This document shows positions 51,636-62,032 of a stretch of DNA of 64,000 nucleotides, piece by piece. Numbering within the stretch: position 1 is the stretch's first letter; each line of letters starts with the position of its first letter. Source of the stretch: Treponema sp. UBA1233. GTDB taxonomy: Bacteria > Spirochaetota > Spirochaetia > Treponematales > Treponemataceae. The notes below the pieces were generated by a model. The model worked only from the letters and a program-made list of their open reading frames with translations. It did not search any database and was not told where the DNA came from. Made by a program: the position numbers and the translations under genes. The DNA is taken from the NCBI GenBank assembly GCA_002309305.1, contig DBWR01000070.1:87121-151120 (forward strand), written 5' to 3'.

Positions 51636-52907
51636 ATGTTCAGGGATGCAGTTGACTATCTTAAAAATCCTTTTATTCTCGCCGCCATTGCAGTTTCAAT
51701 ACTGCTCTATGGGGGAATTGTTCCGCTGAGGCCTCAAAACCACTATGTCTCCGTAATTCCGATTGAACAGGCTTGCGAAGTCGAAGGGTGGGTGGATTCA
51801 AATCCATCAAGGTTTTCTTCCGGGAAATATTATTCTGTCGTGCTTAAGGTAACAGAATCAGGTACGCATCAGAATCATGCTCAAGCCAGGTCAAAGGCAT
51901 CGGGTAAAGTAAGCCTCTGGATTCCATGCGAAATAGTTGAGGCCGTCTATCCTGGAAAACTTTACTCGCTGTCAGGTAAAACCGTTTTGATCGAAAAAGG
52001 TGAAAAAATACTGTGCCGCGGTTCGTGGAATGAAAAATACGGTTGCTTTGTGGTTTCTTCTCTGGATTACCTTGGATATGGGGCTGGTCTCTGGGCAAAA
52101 ATCGAGCATTTCAGGGCAATATGCCGTCTGGTATTCAAAAGGCTCATGTATTCGTGGTCTAAGGCTGGCGGACTGATCCTGTCACTTTTATCCGGCTCTC
52201 GTGAGTATCTGGAAGAGGGTGTGGCCGATTCATTCAGGAATGCGGGGCTTTCTCATATTCTGGCATTAAGCGGAATGCATCTGTCGTTCTTCTCTGGGCT
52301 TTCGTCACGGGCAGGCACATCACTTTTTGGCAGACGCTGGGCAAAACTTTTTCAAGCTGCGGGAATACTGTTTTTCATCTGGTTTGCAGGACTTTCTCCG
52401 TCTTTGTTCAGGGCATTTTTGTGTGCGGCACTGGCAATCATTGCAAAGGGTGTTTTCTGCTGTACCGCCGATACCCTGGAAATACTTGCTCTTTCATTTC
52501 TGATTCATGTCTGCGTAATTCCTTCTGACCTGACAAGTGCGGCATTCATGCTTTCGTATGGGGCTCTTGCGGGAATCCTTTTGTTTTCCAAATTGTTTTT
52601 CCGCTGGCTTTCCAGGATTTTCCCTCCAAAGCTGGCTTCATCACTTTCTGCATCAACAGGTGCACAAATGCTGGGTGCTCCAATCTCCATGTCTTTATTC
52701 GGTTCGTTTGCGCCAGTCGGTGTGGTTGCAACAGTTTTTGCAGCTCCACTTGTCTCAATATTTTTTGCTCTGGCTGTTGTAGCTGTGATTTTATGCCTGT
52801 GCATGCCTTTTCTTTCCGGGTTGTTTGGTGATATACTGAACTTATTCTATGACATCATCGCGGGGATGGTAAGATTTTTTTCCATGTGTCCGCCGGTGTA
52901 TGTCTGA
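51636..52907 (+). CDS. comEC: ComEC/Rec2 competence channel protein (channel domain only)
   Basis: GLSHILALSGMH, PSLFRA, FMLSY. Confidence 0.85.
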   Translation: MFRDAVDYLKNPFILAAIAVSILLYGGIVPLRPQNHYVSVIPIEQACEVEGWVDSNPSRFSSGKYYSVVLKVTESGTHQNHAQARSKASGKVSLWIPCEIVEAVYPGKLYSLSGKTVLIEKGEKILCRGSWNEKYGCFVVSSLDYLGYGAGLWAKIEHFRAICRLVFKRLMYSWSKAGGLILSLLSGSREYLEEGVADSFRNAGLSHILALSGMHLSFFSGLSSRAGTSLFGRRWAKLFQAAGILFFIWFAGLSPSLFRAFLCAALAIIAKGVFCCTADTLEILALSFLIHVCVIPSDLTSAAFMLSYGALAGILLFSKLFFRWLSRIFPPKLASSLSASTGAQMLGAPISMSLFGSFAPVGVVATVFAAPLVSIFFALAVVAVILCLCMPFLSGLFGDILNLFYDIIAGMVRFFSMCPPVYV

Positions 52908-52931
52908 AATACTTTTTGACGGGGATTTCGT

Positions 52932-53792
52932 ATGGTTCAGATAGATTATAATTCACCTCTTGCCTTAAAGAACTTTTTGGAAGAGAGGGGTATGGCAATG
53001 CAAAAGAAATTCGGGCAGAATTTTCTTGTAAACCCACAGGCCCGTAAGCGTATCGTTACAATGCTGGATATTGCTCCGGGTGAGGCGATATGGGAGATAG
53101 GCCCAGGCTTGGGATGCATGACAAGGGAAATACTGGACCAAAAGGCAAATCTAAAGGCCTTTGAGATAGACAGGGGATTCATTTCAATATTGAACGAAAT
53201 CTTTTCAGGCGAGATTAATGGCGGAAATTTTAAGATAATATCCGGTGACGTTCTTAAAACATGGCAGCAGGAAGCTCAGAACGAAAAGCCCGTAAAACTG
53301 TTCGGAAACCTTCCCTATAACATAGCTTCAACGTTTATAGCGGATACGATTGAACATGGCTTTGCCTTTGACCGCTGTGTGTTTACAGTACAAAAGGAAG
53401 TTGCCCAGAGGATTTGTGCATCACATTCTTCAAAAAACTATTCTTCTTTTTCGGTTTTATGCCAGTGGCAGTATGACGTGAGCCTTGGTGCTGAAATATC
53501 GGCGGGAAACTTCTGGCCGCGTCCCAATGTTGCTTCACAAACAGTACTTCTTGTAAAAAAGGACAGTCCTCTTGAATGCTCGAACCCAAAATTTCTTGTA
53601 AAGCTGATTCATGCACTTTTTTCGAGCCGCAGGAAAACCGTGCTGAACAACATAAAGCAAATGCTGCCGCCAGGTCTTGAAGCCGTGGAAGTTCTGGAGA
53701 AGGCCTCAATAGACAAAAACATGAGGGCAGAAAATCTGACGGTCGCCGACTATGTGCGGTTGTCCGAAACCTGTACTTCTGCTATAATGTAA
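52932..53792 (+). CDS. rsmA: 16S rRNA m6,2A dimethyltransferase
   Basis: KKFGQNFL, EIGPGLG, GNLPYNI. Confidence 0.96.
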   Translation: MVQIDYNSPLALKNFLEERGMAMQKKFGQNFLVNPQARKRIVTMLDIAPGEAIWEIGPGLGCMTREILDQKANLKAFEIDRGFISILNEIFSGEINGGNFKIISGDVLKTWQQEAQNEKPVKLFGNLPYNIASTFIADTIEHGFAFDRCVFTVQKEVAQRICASHSSKNYSSFSVLCQWQYDVSLGAEISAGNFWPRPNVASQTVLLVKKDSPLECSNPKFLVKLIHALFSSRRKTVLNNIKQMLPPGLEAVEVLEKASIDKNMRAENLTVADYVRLSETCTSAIM

Positions 53793-53805
53793 TGAAACAA
53801 GGAGA

Positions 53806-54543
53806 TTGCATATGGGTTCTTCAATGATAGCGGAAAACCTGAATGACATAAAAAATCAGATTCATCTGGCGGAGGAAAAGGCCGGTGCAAAAAAAGATTC
53901 TGTGCGCCTGTGTGCGGTAAGCAAATTCCACCCAGCCCAGGATGTAATCGATGCCTTTGAAGCAGGTCAGATTCTTTTTGGAGAAAACCGCGTTCAAGAG
54001 GCAAACGAAAAATTTACAGAAATAAACACGACTCTTTCTGGTCGCGGAGAAAAATCACTTCCGGAACTTCACATCATAGGAACCCTGCAGAGCAACAAGG
54101 TAAAAAAGGCCGTGGCAATATCCTCATGCATTCAGTCTGTGGACCGCATTGAACTGTTGGAGGAGATAGAAAAACACTGTTCGAGCCTTGGCAAGCAAAT
54201 CTCCGTTTTTTTTGAAATACACACTGCGGAAGATTCCAAATCAGGATATCAGGACGAAACAGAATTATTCAAAAGCCTTGAGCGTTGTGCAAAGGGGGAT
54301 TTCCCGCACATAATTCCACAGGGACTTATGACCATGGCTCCATTTGTAGAAGAAGAGGCTCCCATACGAAAGTCGTTCATCACATTACGAAAACTACGTG
54401 AAACAGTAAATGAAAAATACCCATCATTACCCATAAAGGAATTGAGCATGGGCATGAGCGGAGACTTTAAGATTGCAATAGAAGAGGGCAGTACGATGGT
54501 AAGGATTGGAACTGCGATTTTTGGAAAGAGGGATTATCAATGA
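53806..54543 (+). CDS. yggS: PLP homeostasis protein (YggS family)
   Basis: AVSKF, FGENRVQE, HIIGTLQSNK, LSMGMSGDF, VRIGTAIFG. Confidence 0.95.
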   Translation: MHMGSSMIAENLNDIKNQIHLAEEKAGAKKDSVRLCAVSKFHPAQDVIDAFEAGQILFGENRVQEANEKFTEINTTLSGRGEKSLPELHIIGTLQSNKVKKAVAISSCIQSVDRIELLEEIEKHCSSLGKQISVFFEIHTAEDSKSGYQDETELFKSLERCAKGDFPHIIPQGLMTMAPFVEEEAPIRKSFITLRKLRETVNEKYPSLPIKELSMGMSGDFKIAIEEGSTMVRIGTAIFGKRDYQ

Positions 54544-55031
54544 AAAAATTCCTTTTGATTTTTGCAGTCCTGACAATGATTTTTTCTTCACAAACCTTTG
54601 CCGAAGAGACAAAGAATGAAGAACCCGAACCGTATGAAAAAAGCGAGTTCCCCACATGGATGCTCAACCTCAGAAGGTCGGAAATAGTTACTCTGGGATC
54701 AGTTCCATTTACAACTCTGACTGTTTCCCTTGCATACAGCACCTTCCAGTACGCTACAGGACGAACTTCAAGTTTTCCAAGCCCATTCAACAAGAATGCA
54801 TCCTACACCCAGGATGACATAAAGCTGATTGTAGGTTTTTCCCTTGGAATAAGCCTTGTAATAGGGGTTGTTGATTTCATAATTACTACAGTCAAGCAAA
54901 AGAACCAAAAGAAAATACAGCAGCGGAAGATACAGGAATCCAACAACATTACGATAATCCCAACGGTAGAATATGTTCCTCAAAACACTTCTCCTCCGCA
55001 AGAAAAAAAAGATGGAACGGAAGAAGAATAG
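54540..55031 (+). CDS. Hypothetical membrane or exported protein
   Basis: Signal peptide ending TFA; two hydrophobic segments; overlaps the neighbouring stop and start codons. Confidence 0.7.
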   Translation: MKKFLLIFAVLTMIFSSQTFAEETKNEEPEPYEKSEFPTWMLNLRRSEIVTLGSVPFTTLTVSLAYSTFQYATGRTSSFPSPFNKNASYTQDDIKLIVGFSLGISLVIGVVDFIITTVKQKNQKKIQQRKIQESNNITIIPTVEYVPQNTSPPQEKKDGTEEE

Positions 55032-56014
55032 TGCATTACTTTAGCATAAAGGTTCCGTCAAATTATACTGAAACCCAACGTTTGGATACATATATAGCAT
55101 CTCTTCCCAATGGAATGAACCGCAGCAAGTTAAAAAGCGGAGTCAGCGAAATTCTAGTAAACGGGAAAAGCAGAAAGCTTTCCTTTAAGGTAAAGGCAGG
55201 AGACCAGATAGACATACGATGGGAAGATTCCATTCCAGATGACATAGAAGCCCAGGACATACCGCTCGACATAATCTACGAAGACAATAATGTGTGTGTG
55301 GTAAACAAAGCTCAGGGCATGGTAACTCATCCTGCATGCGGCAATTGGACCGGCACACTTGTAAACGCCCTCTTATATCACTGGGGAAGGGAAAGCATTC
55401 CTCAGCTAAAGGACGGTAGCGAAAAAGAAATGATTTCCAGAAGAAGGCCTGGTATTGTTCACCGGCTTGACAAGGAAACCTCAGGAATAATCATAACGGC
55501 AAAAAATCGTGATGCTGAAGAATTCCTTCAGACACAATTCCGCAAAAGAAAGAACATGACAAAGGAATACATCGCGATTTGTTATGGTCGGCCTACTTTT
55601 AGAAAGGGAATAATCAAAACACAGATAATACGCGATCCCAAACACCGCAGGAGGTTCATGGCTGTATTGGACGAAACTCAGGGAAAATATGCCGAGACCG
55701 CCTATACCTGCATCGCCTGTTACGGCCAATACTCCCTAATGGTACTGAGGCTCCACACAGGACGGACACATCAGATTCGTGTACACATGAAATACCTTAA
55801 CTGTCCGATTCTGGGAGATGACATATATTTCAAAAAAGATCCCAATTTCCCAAAGGCAACACTCATGCTTCATGCTAGAAAACTAAAAATCCTTCTTCCA
55901 GGAAAAACAGAACCAACAATTTTTACTTCAAAAACTCCGGAACGCTTCATTCAAGTTGAAACAAGATTAAAGAAAATGTATAAAAAGACAATCATGGTCA
56001 GGCGGGAAAAATAA
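55031..56014 (+). CDS. rluD: RluD-like pseudouridine synthase
   Basis: S4 domain (RLDTY), NKAQGM, HRLDKETSG, GRTHQIRVH, LHA. Confidence 0.85.
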   Translation: MHYFSIKVPSNYTETQRLDTYIASLPNGMNRSKLKSGVSEILVNGKSRKLSFKVKAGDQIDIRWEDSIPDDIEAQDIPLDIIYEDNNVCVVNKAQGMVTHPACGNWTGTLVNALLYHWGRESIPQLKDGSEKEMISRRRPGIVHRLDKETSGIIITAKNRDAEEFLQTQFRKRKNMTKEYIAICYGRPTFRKGIIKTQIIRDPKHRRRFMAVLDETQGKYAETAYTCIACYGQYSLMVLRLHTGRTHQIRVHMKYLNCPILGDDIYFKKDPNFPKATLMLHARKLKILLPGKTEPTIFTSKTPERFIQVETRLKKMYKKTIMVRREK

Positions 56015-56015
56015 C

Positions 56016-56735
56016 ATGAATCAAATCATTGTTGTACATGAACCGTCAGAAAAAGAGCCGTTTTTAATTCTGAATAAACCAAGGGGACTTGCAAGTGCTC
56101 CAATTAAAAAAGGTGATGAATCAGCTTTAACCCTTGCCTCAGAAAAATATCCGGCTTGCATTGATGTAATCGGGAAAAAGGAAGTAGAGGGAGGACTCGT
56201 GCACCGCCTTGACACTGATACTTCTGGATTGCTGCTGATTGCCATGACACAGGAATTTTATGATTTCATACAGGATGCTCAGGAAAAGGGGCTTTTTATA
56301 AAGACATACAGCGCTACATGTACAAGACTTTTGAACCATAATGATGACTCATATCCTCCATGCCCAATAATCAGCAGGGAAAAAGGAAAAGAATACAAGA
56401 TAAGCTCATTTTTCAGACATTACGGTCCCTCAAGAAAAAGCGTACGGCCCGTCACAGATGAAAGTCCCTTGATGGCAATGAAAAAGGCGGGCAGTGTTTT
56501 ATATGAGACAAGCATAAAGATAATGTGTATGGATAAGGATGCAGTTCAAGTTGAATGTAAAATAGCAAAAGGATTCCGTCATCAGGTAAGGTGTCATCTG
56601 GCCTGGCTTGGGCTTCCCGTAATCGGAGACAAATTGTATAATCCAATAAAATCAGACGGAGAGATGAAGTTTTTCGCAACTGGGATGGAGTTTCCTCTGC
56701 CTGATGGAAGAGAGTTCAGCATAAGTTTAAAATAA
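56016..56735 (+). CDS. RluA-family pseudouridine synthase
   Basis: NKPRGL, HRLDTDTSG, GFRHQVRCH, GDKLY. Confidence 0.88.
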   Translation: MNQIIVVHEPSEKEPFLILNKPRGLASAPIKKGDESALTLASEKYPACIDVIGKKEVEGGLVHRLDTDTSGLLLIAMTQEFYDFIQDAQEKGLFIKTYSATCTRLLNHNDDSYPPCPIISREKGKEYKISSFFRHYGPSRKSVRPVTDESPLMAMKKAGSVLYETSIKIMCMDKDAVQVECKIAKGFRHQVRCHLAWLGLPVIGDKLYNPIKSDGEMKFFATGMEFPLPDGREFSISLK

Positions 56736-56762
56736 AAAAACCGCCCCAAGTAAATGAAGCGG
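56734..56762 (-). terminator. Intrinsic terminator after tRNA-Leu
   Basis: CCGCTTCA/TGGGGCGG stem (two G-U pairs) followed by T7. Confidence 0.7.
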
Positions 56763-56767
56763 CCTTG

Positions 56768-56851
56768 TGCCCGGAACAAGACTTGAACTTGCACACCATT
56801 ACTGGCTCTAGTACCTGAAACTAGCGTGTCTACCAATTCCACCATCCGGGC
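56768..56851 (-). tRNA. tRNA-Leu(CAG)
   Basis: GCCCGGA/TCCGGGC acceptor stem, anticodon loop TTCAGGT, long variable arm, A73. Confidence 0.96.
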
Positions 56852-56864
56852 TGATAATGGAACT

Positions 56865-56894
56865 ATTATAACGGATTCAGGCACTCATTGTCAA
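56865..56894 (-). promoter_or_regulatory. tRNA-Leu promoter
   Basis: TTGACA-18 nt-TATAAT. Confidence 0.7.
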
Positions 56895-56920
56895 GGCATG
56901 ACGGCTATATAATCATCAGA

Positions 56921-58888
56921 TTAGAATTCAATCAGTTCTCCGCTGCCTGACAGATAGCATTGTGAAACCGGTGTTTCTGAAGAAGTCTTGTACCATGTAA
57001 GGCCTCCGTCTGCGTTAAGGCTGACAAGTTTGTCCTTTATCGTTGCGGTTTTAACAGGAGCCGAAGCTGTCCTACCATAAATCTTTACACGGTTTGTTTC
57101 CATGTCATAAGCGTATATCTGGTTGTTTCCAATGTTTGAGTAAACAATCGGATATTCAACTTGAATGGATGAGTCAAAATCCTCCTGGTTGAACTGGAAC
57201 AAAATCGAACTCTTCCTGTCCGCAGGGTTGAATGAAAATACATGTGTTACTGTAGAAGAACCAATTGATTCAAGTGTGATTCCAAAGAGCCTGTTTGATT
57301 TTCCAGAGTCAAGGTAAAGGTCATGTGCTATGAATCCCGGGGTTTTGAGGGCAAGGGTTTCCTTTGACTGAATTCCAACTGAAAGTACGGAAGAATCCTT
57401 GACACCCGTGTTTGCCTTTGCGACATAAATAGTATTTGAATTGACGATGATTGCGTCTTCAATGGAAACTCCTGAATAAACAAGGGTTTCTCGCTTGGTA
57501 TCAATGTCAACGGTGTATACCTTGGTACCCCCTGAAACGTATGCGGCCTTTCTGCCGAACACACGCAGGTTGTTCACGTTGTTTTTGGGTGTAAATAGAT
57601 ATTTCCCTGAACTTGGGCTTTCTTCCGAGAAAGTGACCAGGTATACGTCTTTCTTTGTTTTTTTAGTCCATAGGATTGCGGAATTTTCGTCAACTACTGT
57701 TACGTGGGTTGCTCCATTGTTCTTTGCGACCTTTTTGATTTCCTTTGAGTCACCGTCAGTAGAATAGAGTGCGTCCTTTGTAAGAAGCAAAACTGAACTG
57801 TCAGTATGTGCCATATCAATTATGGTTTCGTAGGCTGGACGTGTAAGTGAATTTAGGTCCAGGCTGGAACCGTTTTTATTTGAGGCATACAGCCTGCCTT
57901 TGTCCGTACCAAAAATAAAGGAATTGTCATTCTGGCATGCGATGGATGTTATGTTTGATTCAATGTCAGAGAAAGTCGCAATCTGCTTGGGACTTGCAGA
58001 AGTTGCCGACCCGGAAACTTTTGCTGTAATGACGTTTTCTGGAAAGAACATCAGGTTTGTCTTTGAGCCGTTTAATACCGTAAAATATAATCCCTTAATC
58101 TTGTTTTTGTTTGATACCACAAGCCTTGGAGAAGTACCCTTGTAGGTGCAGACAGTTTTTCCAGTCTGTGAGTCGATTATATAGACCGTGTCGTTCTTTA
58201 CGCCGGCAAGGAACCTGTTCTTCATGTTGCCGCTGCCGAAAGTTTGTGTCTGCTTGAGCGATGATTCCGTCTTCCAGTGGGGTGTTTCAAACAGTTCCAT
58301 TTTCTGAAGGTTGTAATAATATATGTCGCCGGAGTCACAGTAGAACATTGCATTTTTTTCTGAATCGGCGGTCTGTACAAGGACGATTTTACCTGCAACG
58401 GAATCAATCCTTTTTATGAGGTTCCCGTTGTTTGCATTCAGGATGTAGGAACCGTTTACGGAAGATGTCGTCACAAAAAGAACGGAGCCCTTTGCCGAAT
58501 ATGATACCGTTTCGATTGAATCCTTGAATTGCTTTGAGAATTTTTTTGAATAGTTTGTGCCGTCGTTTACGGTCATTTTCTGAAGGCCCGACCCCTCTGA
58601 CTCAATGGTGACGAAATCATTGTTTTTGGGGCTCATGATGATCTTTAAAAGCGGGGAGGTGCTTATCTGATGATGTTCTTCTATCCCATTCTGTGACCAC
58701 TTTATGATGTTGCCGTCACTTCCTGCTGAAAGGTAGGAATTTGAATTTTCACATGGAACTAAATAGCTTACGCTGCCGTCGTGTACTTGGGTTGAAACCT
58801 GTGGCTGCGCATGTACCAAACCTGCTGAAAAGAGAAAAACCAGGCAAATTCCTCTGAAATATCCGTACAGTTGTTTTGTCATCGTCAT
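56921..58888 (-). CDS. Exported WD40/beta-propeller protein
   Basis: Signal peptide ending VHA; WD40-like HDGSV...SAGSDGNIIKW; repeated blade motifs. Confidence 0.7.
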   Translation of the reverse strand: MTMTKQLYGYFRGICLVFLFSAGLVHAQPQVSTQVHDGSVSYLVPCENSNSYLSAGSDGNIIKWSQNGIEEHHQISTSPLLKIIMSPKNNDFVTIESEGSGLQKMTVNDGTNYSKKFSKQFKDSIETVSYSAKGSVLFVTTSSVNGSYILNANNGNLIKRIDSVAGKIVLVQTADSEKNAMFYCDSGDIYYYNLQKMELFETPHWKTESSLKQTQTFGSGNMKNRFLAGVKNDTVYIIDSQTGKTVCTYKGTSPRLVVSNKNKIKGLYFTVLNGSKTNLMFFPENVITAKVSGSATSASPKQIATFSDIESNITSIACQNDNSFIFGTDKGRLYASNKNGSSLDLNSLTRPAYETIIDMAHTDSSVLLLTKDALYSTDGDSKEIKKVAKNNGATHVTVVDENSAILWTKKTKKDVYLVTFSEESPSSGKYLFTPKNNVNNLRVFGRKAAYVSGGTKVYTVDIDTKRETLVYSGVSIEDAIIVNSNTIYVAKANTGVKDSSVLSVGIQSKETLALKTPGFIAHDLYLDSGKSNRLFGITLESIGSSTVTHVFSFNPADRKSSILFQFNQEDFDSSIQVEYPIVYSNIGNNQIYAYDMETNRVKIYGRTASAPVKTATIKDKLVSLNADGGLTWYKTSSETPVSQCYLSGSGELIEF

Positions 58889-58923
58889 GTCTCCTCAAAA
58901 GGATTTTCTATGTGAAATACTCA

Positions 58924-60042
58924 CTATTTAATAAAATAAACTATATCCCCAACTATTGCAAGAGCAAGCAGGCCAAAAATCATTACCATGCCGACCATCT
59001 GTATGTAATACAAAAGCTTGGGATTCATCTTTCTTCGTGTAATGCATTCAATGAGTGCAAAAAGGATTAGTCCGCCGTCCAATACCGGAATCGGAAGCAG
59101 GTTTGTAAGAAAGAGGGAAATGCTGATGAATGCAAGGAACTCAAGGGCGTTTATTATCCCTATCCTTGCGCCTTCCTCAAATCCGGTGGAAATCATGTCT
59201 CCAATCATGACCGTAGTTCTGACAGGCCCGGAAACTGCTGACGTTACATCCACTCCCTTGAATAGAATGCCGACACTCTTTACGGCGATACCCATTGTCT
59301 TTATAGATTCCTTAGCCCCTTGAGCCAGAGCGGGGAAAAATGAATATGGACCGTAATTCTTTTCAATTAATGAATCCTTGTCCCATACTATTCCCATAAA
59401 GCCAGAGCCTGTTGATTTGTCAAAGCCCAGGGGAACGTCAATCTCAAGAAATTCATTTTCACGCTGAACCTTTACCCGTACGGTTTTTCCTCCATTCAGG
59501 GTTATGAACTGCCGTATTTCGGTAAAATCGCTTACTTCAGTGCCGTCCATGGAAAGGATTATGTCTCCGCTTTTCATTCCAGCTTCTGCCGCCGGGGATT
59601 CTGAATCCTTGAATTCCTCCACATCAGAAGACATAAGCACCCTGTTTCCTGCGGTAGTGTAGGTGTAGCCCATCATTGCTATGATTGAAAATGCCACAAA
59701 TGCAAATATCACGTTGAAGAAAGGACCTGCAAACGCAATCAAAAGCCGTTTAAAAGGATGAACCCCATAAAAGGAGTCTTTGTCTCCACGTATTTCCTTC
59801 TGCTTGTTCTCCAGCGCATCACGATAGTCCTTTTCGCCCTTCATGCTGCAGTATCCGCCCAGTGGAATAAGCGAAATCCTGTAGTCGGTGGCACCCCATC
59901 TGTGGTGGAGCAAAACCGGTCCCATTCCGATTGAAAAAGCTTCCACAGTAACGCCCATGGCCCTTGCAATAAGAAAATGTCCGAGTTCATGAAAAAACAC
60001 AAGGAAGCTGAGTCCCAGAAGTCCCAAAAGAATTTTCATCAA
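58924..60042 (-). CDS. rseP: Site-2 protease RseP
   Basis: HELGH, AGPFFN, PDZ domain, NLLPIPVLDGG. Confidence 0.95.
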   Translation of the reverse strand: MMKILLGLLGLSFLVFFHELGHFLIARAMGVTVEAFSIGMGPVLLHHRWGATDYRISLIPLGGYCSMKGEKDYRDALENKQKEIRGDKDSFYGVHPFKRLLIAFAGPFFNVIFAFVAFSIIAMMGYTYTTAGNRVLMSSDVEEFKDSESPAAEAGMKSGDIILSMDGTEVSDFTEIRQFITLNGGKTVRVKVQRENEFLEIDVPLGFDKSTGSGFMGIVWDKDSLIEKNYGPYSFFPALAQGAKESIKTMGIAVKSVGILFKGVDVTSAVSGPVRTTVMIGDMISTGFEEGARIGIINALEFLAFISISLFLTNLLPIPVLDGGLILFALIECITRRKMNPKLLYYIQMVGMVMIFGLLALAIVGDIVYFIK

Positions 60043-61142
60043 AAAGTCCTTCCGTCAAGCAGTTTCCTTGCCTTTTCGTGGGAGTCCTTGTCCGCTTCCA
60101 GAACTTCCTCAACAGTCCAGGGTTCCTTCTTCCAGTCATAGCTCAAGGTTGCTTCTACGATTTTGGGAATGTCGGTAAATCCGATTTTTTTGTTTATGAA
60201 TGCGTCAACCGCTATTTCGTTTGCGGCATTGAATGCGATTGTGTAAGATCCTTCCTTTTCGGCACATTGATAGGCCAGCTTCAACATGGGGAAATCATCC
60301 ATGCGTGGAGCAAAAAAAGAAAGCTCATGTCCCGCCAGATCGAATGGTTCAAGATAGTTGGTCTTGTTTTCCGGCCACACAAGGGAGGAATAAATCGGAT
60401 GCCTCATATCTGGATCACTCATCTGTGCATAAAGCATTCCGTCATTTGTCCTGACAATGCTATGAACTACACTCTGCGGATGGACAAGAACTTTTACCTG
60501 TTTTGTCCCAACGTCAAAAAGCCTGCATGCCTCAATTACCTCAAGACCCTTGTTTGCAAGACTCGCACTGTCTATCGTGATTTTTTTGCCCATGTTCCAG
60601 GTGGGATGTTTAAGAGCGTCTTCTACTGTAACAGATTCAAGCTGGGCTTTGGTATAGTTCCTGAATGGTCCTCCGCTTGCCGTGATTATGATTTCGGAAA
60701 TCCTTCTGCTGCCGTAGTGGTTTACCAGGCTGAATATGGCACTGTGCTCGCTGTCTACTGGAACAATCGAACACCTTTTCTTATCCGCGAGTTTCTTTAT
60801 CAGGGGCCATGCCATGACTACACTTTCTTTGTTTGCAAGGGCAAGATTCATTCCGCGCTCAAGTACCGCAACAGACGACAAGAGTCCTTGGGAACCCGCA
60901 ACGCCGTTAACAGCAATGTCCGCCTTACATTCATCCAAAAGCTTTTCCAAACCGGGAAAACCTTCCGTGCTCCAGTTTGTACCCTTGCAGTTGAATTCCG
61001 CACACAGAGATTCCAGGGCTTTTTGATTGTGCCCTACAGAGAGTCCCGCTACTTCGAACAAGTCTTTTTCATTCCTGATGATGTCAAGGGTTTGGCTCCC
61101 GATTGAGCCAGTACAGCCCAAAACCAAAACTTTCTTTTTCAT
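60039..61142 (-). CDS. dxr: 1-deoxy-D-xylulose-5-phosphate reductoisomerase
   Basis: LGCTGSIG, LANKES, PVDSEHSA, HPTWNMG, NAANE. Confidence 0.97.
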   Translation of the reverse strand: MKKKVLVLGCTGSIGSQTLDIIRNEKDLFEVAGLSVGHNQKALESLCAEFNCKGTNWSTEGFPGLEKLLDECKADIAVNGVAGSQGLLSSVAVLERGMNLALANKESVVMAWPLIKKLADKKRCSIVPVDSEHSAIFSLVNHYGSRRISEIIITASGGPFRNYTKAQLESVTVEDALKHPTWNMGKKITIDSASLANKGLEVIEACRLFDVGTKQVKVLVHPQSVVHSIVRTNDGMLYAQMSDPDMRHPIYSSLVWPENKTNYLEPFDLAGHELSFFAPRMDDFPMLKLAYQCAEKEGSYTIAFNAANEIAVDAFINKKIGFTDIPKIVEATLSYDWKKEPWTVEEVLEADKDSHEKARKLLDGRTF

Positions 61143-62032
61143 AGTGAATAAAAATGCGTTATCAATACATAGTATACAGGGGCAGACATAAGGATTGAAT
61201 CTATGGAATCCAAGAGGCCGCCTCTTCCGGGAATTAAACGTCCGCTGTCTTTAGCCCCCGCAGAACGCTTGATTACCGATTCCGCAAGGTCACCGACAAT
61301 TGAACTGAATGCAGTGGCAAGTCCAAGAAGGATTATTTTTGCAATTGAACCAGCATCTGTGCCAGGGAAAAAATTTGGAAAAAGGTAATATACGATTATG
61401 CCTATTCCTATCGAACCTGCAAATCCCCCGATGAAGCCCGCTATGCTTTTGTTGGGGCTTGCCTTGATGAGTCCGCGGTTGTTTTTTCCAAGAAGGACTC
61501 CGAACAGCCATGCAAGACTGTCGCACATAAAGACCATTAGAAGGAAAACCGCTATGTATATGCTGGAAAGGTATTCCTGTCCGGCTTCAGAGATTGTAGT
61601 CATTTTGGAGATGAATGAAATGAGGTAGCCTACGTAAAGTACGATGAATGATGAGGCAGAAATCCTCTGGATTGATTTTTCAAATTCCCTTGCGAATATC
61701 ACTTCAACCAATAGGAGCAGCAGGATGACAAAGACAAATGAAGTCGTGATGATGTCTCCGCTTCTTGTAAGGATGCTTGGAACATGGTCAGGGAAAATGG
61801 CCGTAACAGCCGCAATTGTAGGCAAAATAGCCGTGCAGCATATTACAAGGGGTTTGGACAAAAGCGATACCTTGGTTTTAAATAGATTGTATAATTCGTT
61901 TGCACCAAAAATTGAAGAAAGTATGAGTACGACATGAAGGGCAAGATGATTGCAGAAAGGCCAGAGTGCTATGGCAATTATAATGGGAACTCCGATAAAA
62001 AAGATTAAAAGTCTGGAAATTACTTTACTCAT
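61139..62032 (-). CDS. cdsA: Phosphatidate cytidylyltransferase
   Basis: SPNKS, GDLAES-IKR-AGAKDSG-LIPGRGGLLDSID. Confidence 0.95.
   Translation of the reverse strand: MSKVISRLLIFFIGVPIIIAIALWPFCNHLALHVVLILSSIFGANELYNLFKTKVSLLSKPLVICCTAILPTIAAVTAIFPDHVPSILTRSGDIITTSFVFVILLLLLVEVIFAREFEKSIQRISASSFIVLYVGYLISFISKMTTISEAGQEYLSSIYIAVFLLMVFMCDSLAWLFGVLLGKNNRGLIKASPNKSIAGFIGGFAGSIGIGIIVYYLFPNFFPGTDAGSIAKIILLGLATAFSSIVGDLAESVIKRSAGAKDSGRLIPGRGGLLDSIDSILMSAPVYYVLITHFYSL

Noticed and set aside
51636-52907. ComEC lacking the metallo-beta-lactamase domain as a pseudogene
   Set aside because: The ORF is intact and short ComEC forms are common.
60078-61106. 342-aa plus-strand ORF
   Set aside because: Fully antisense to dxr with no motifs; a shadow ORF. 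The same applies to the other short overlapping ORFs in the track (for example 5269-5679, 6682-7284, 28510-28938).
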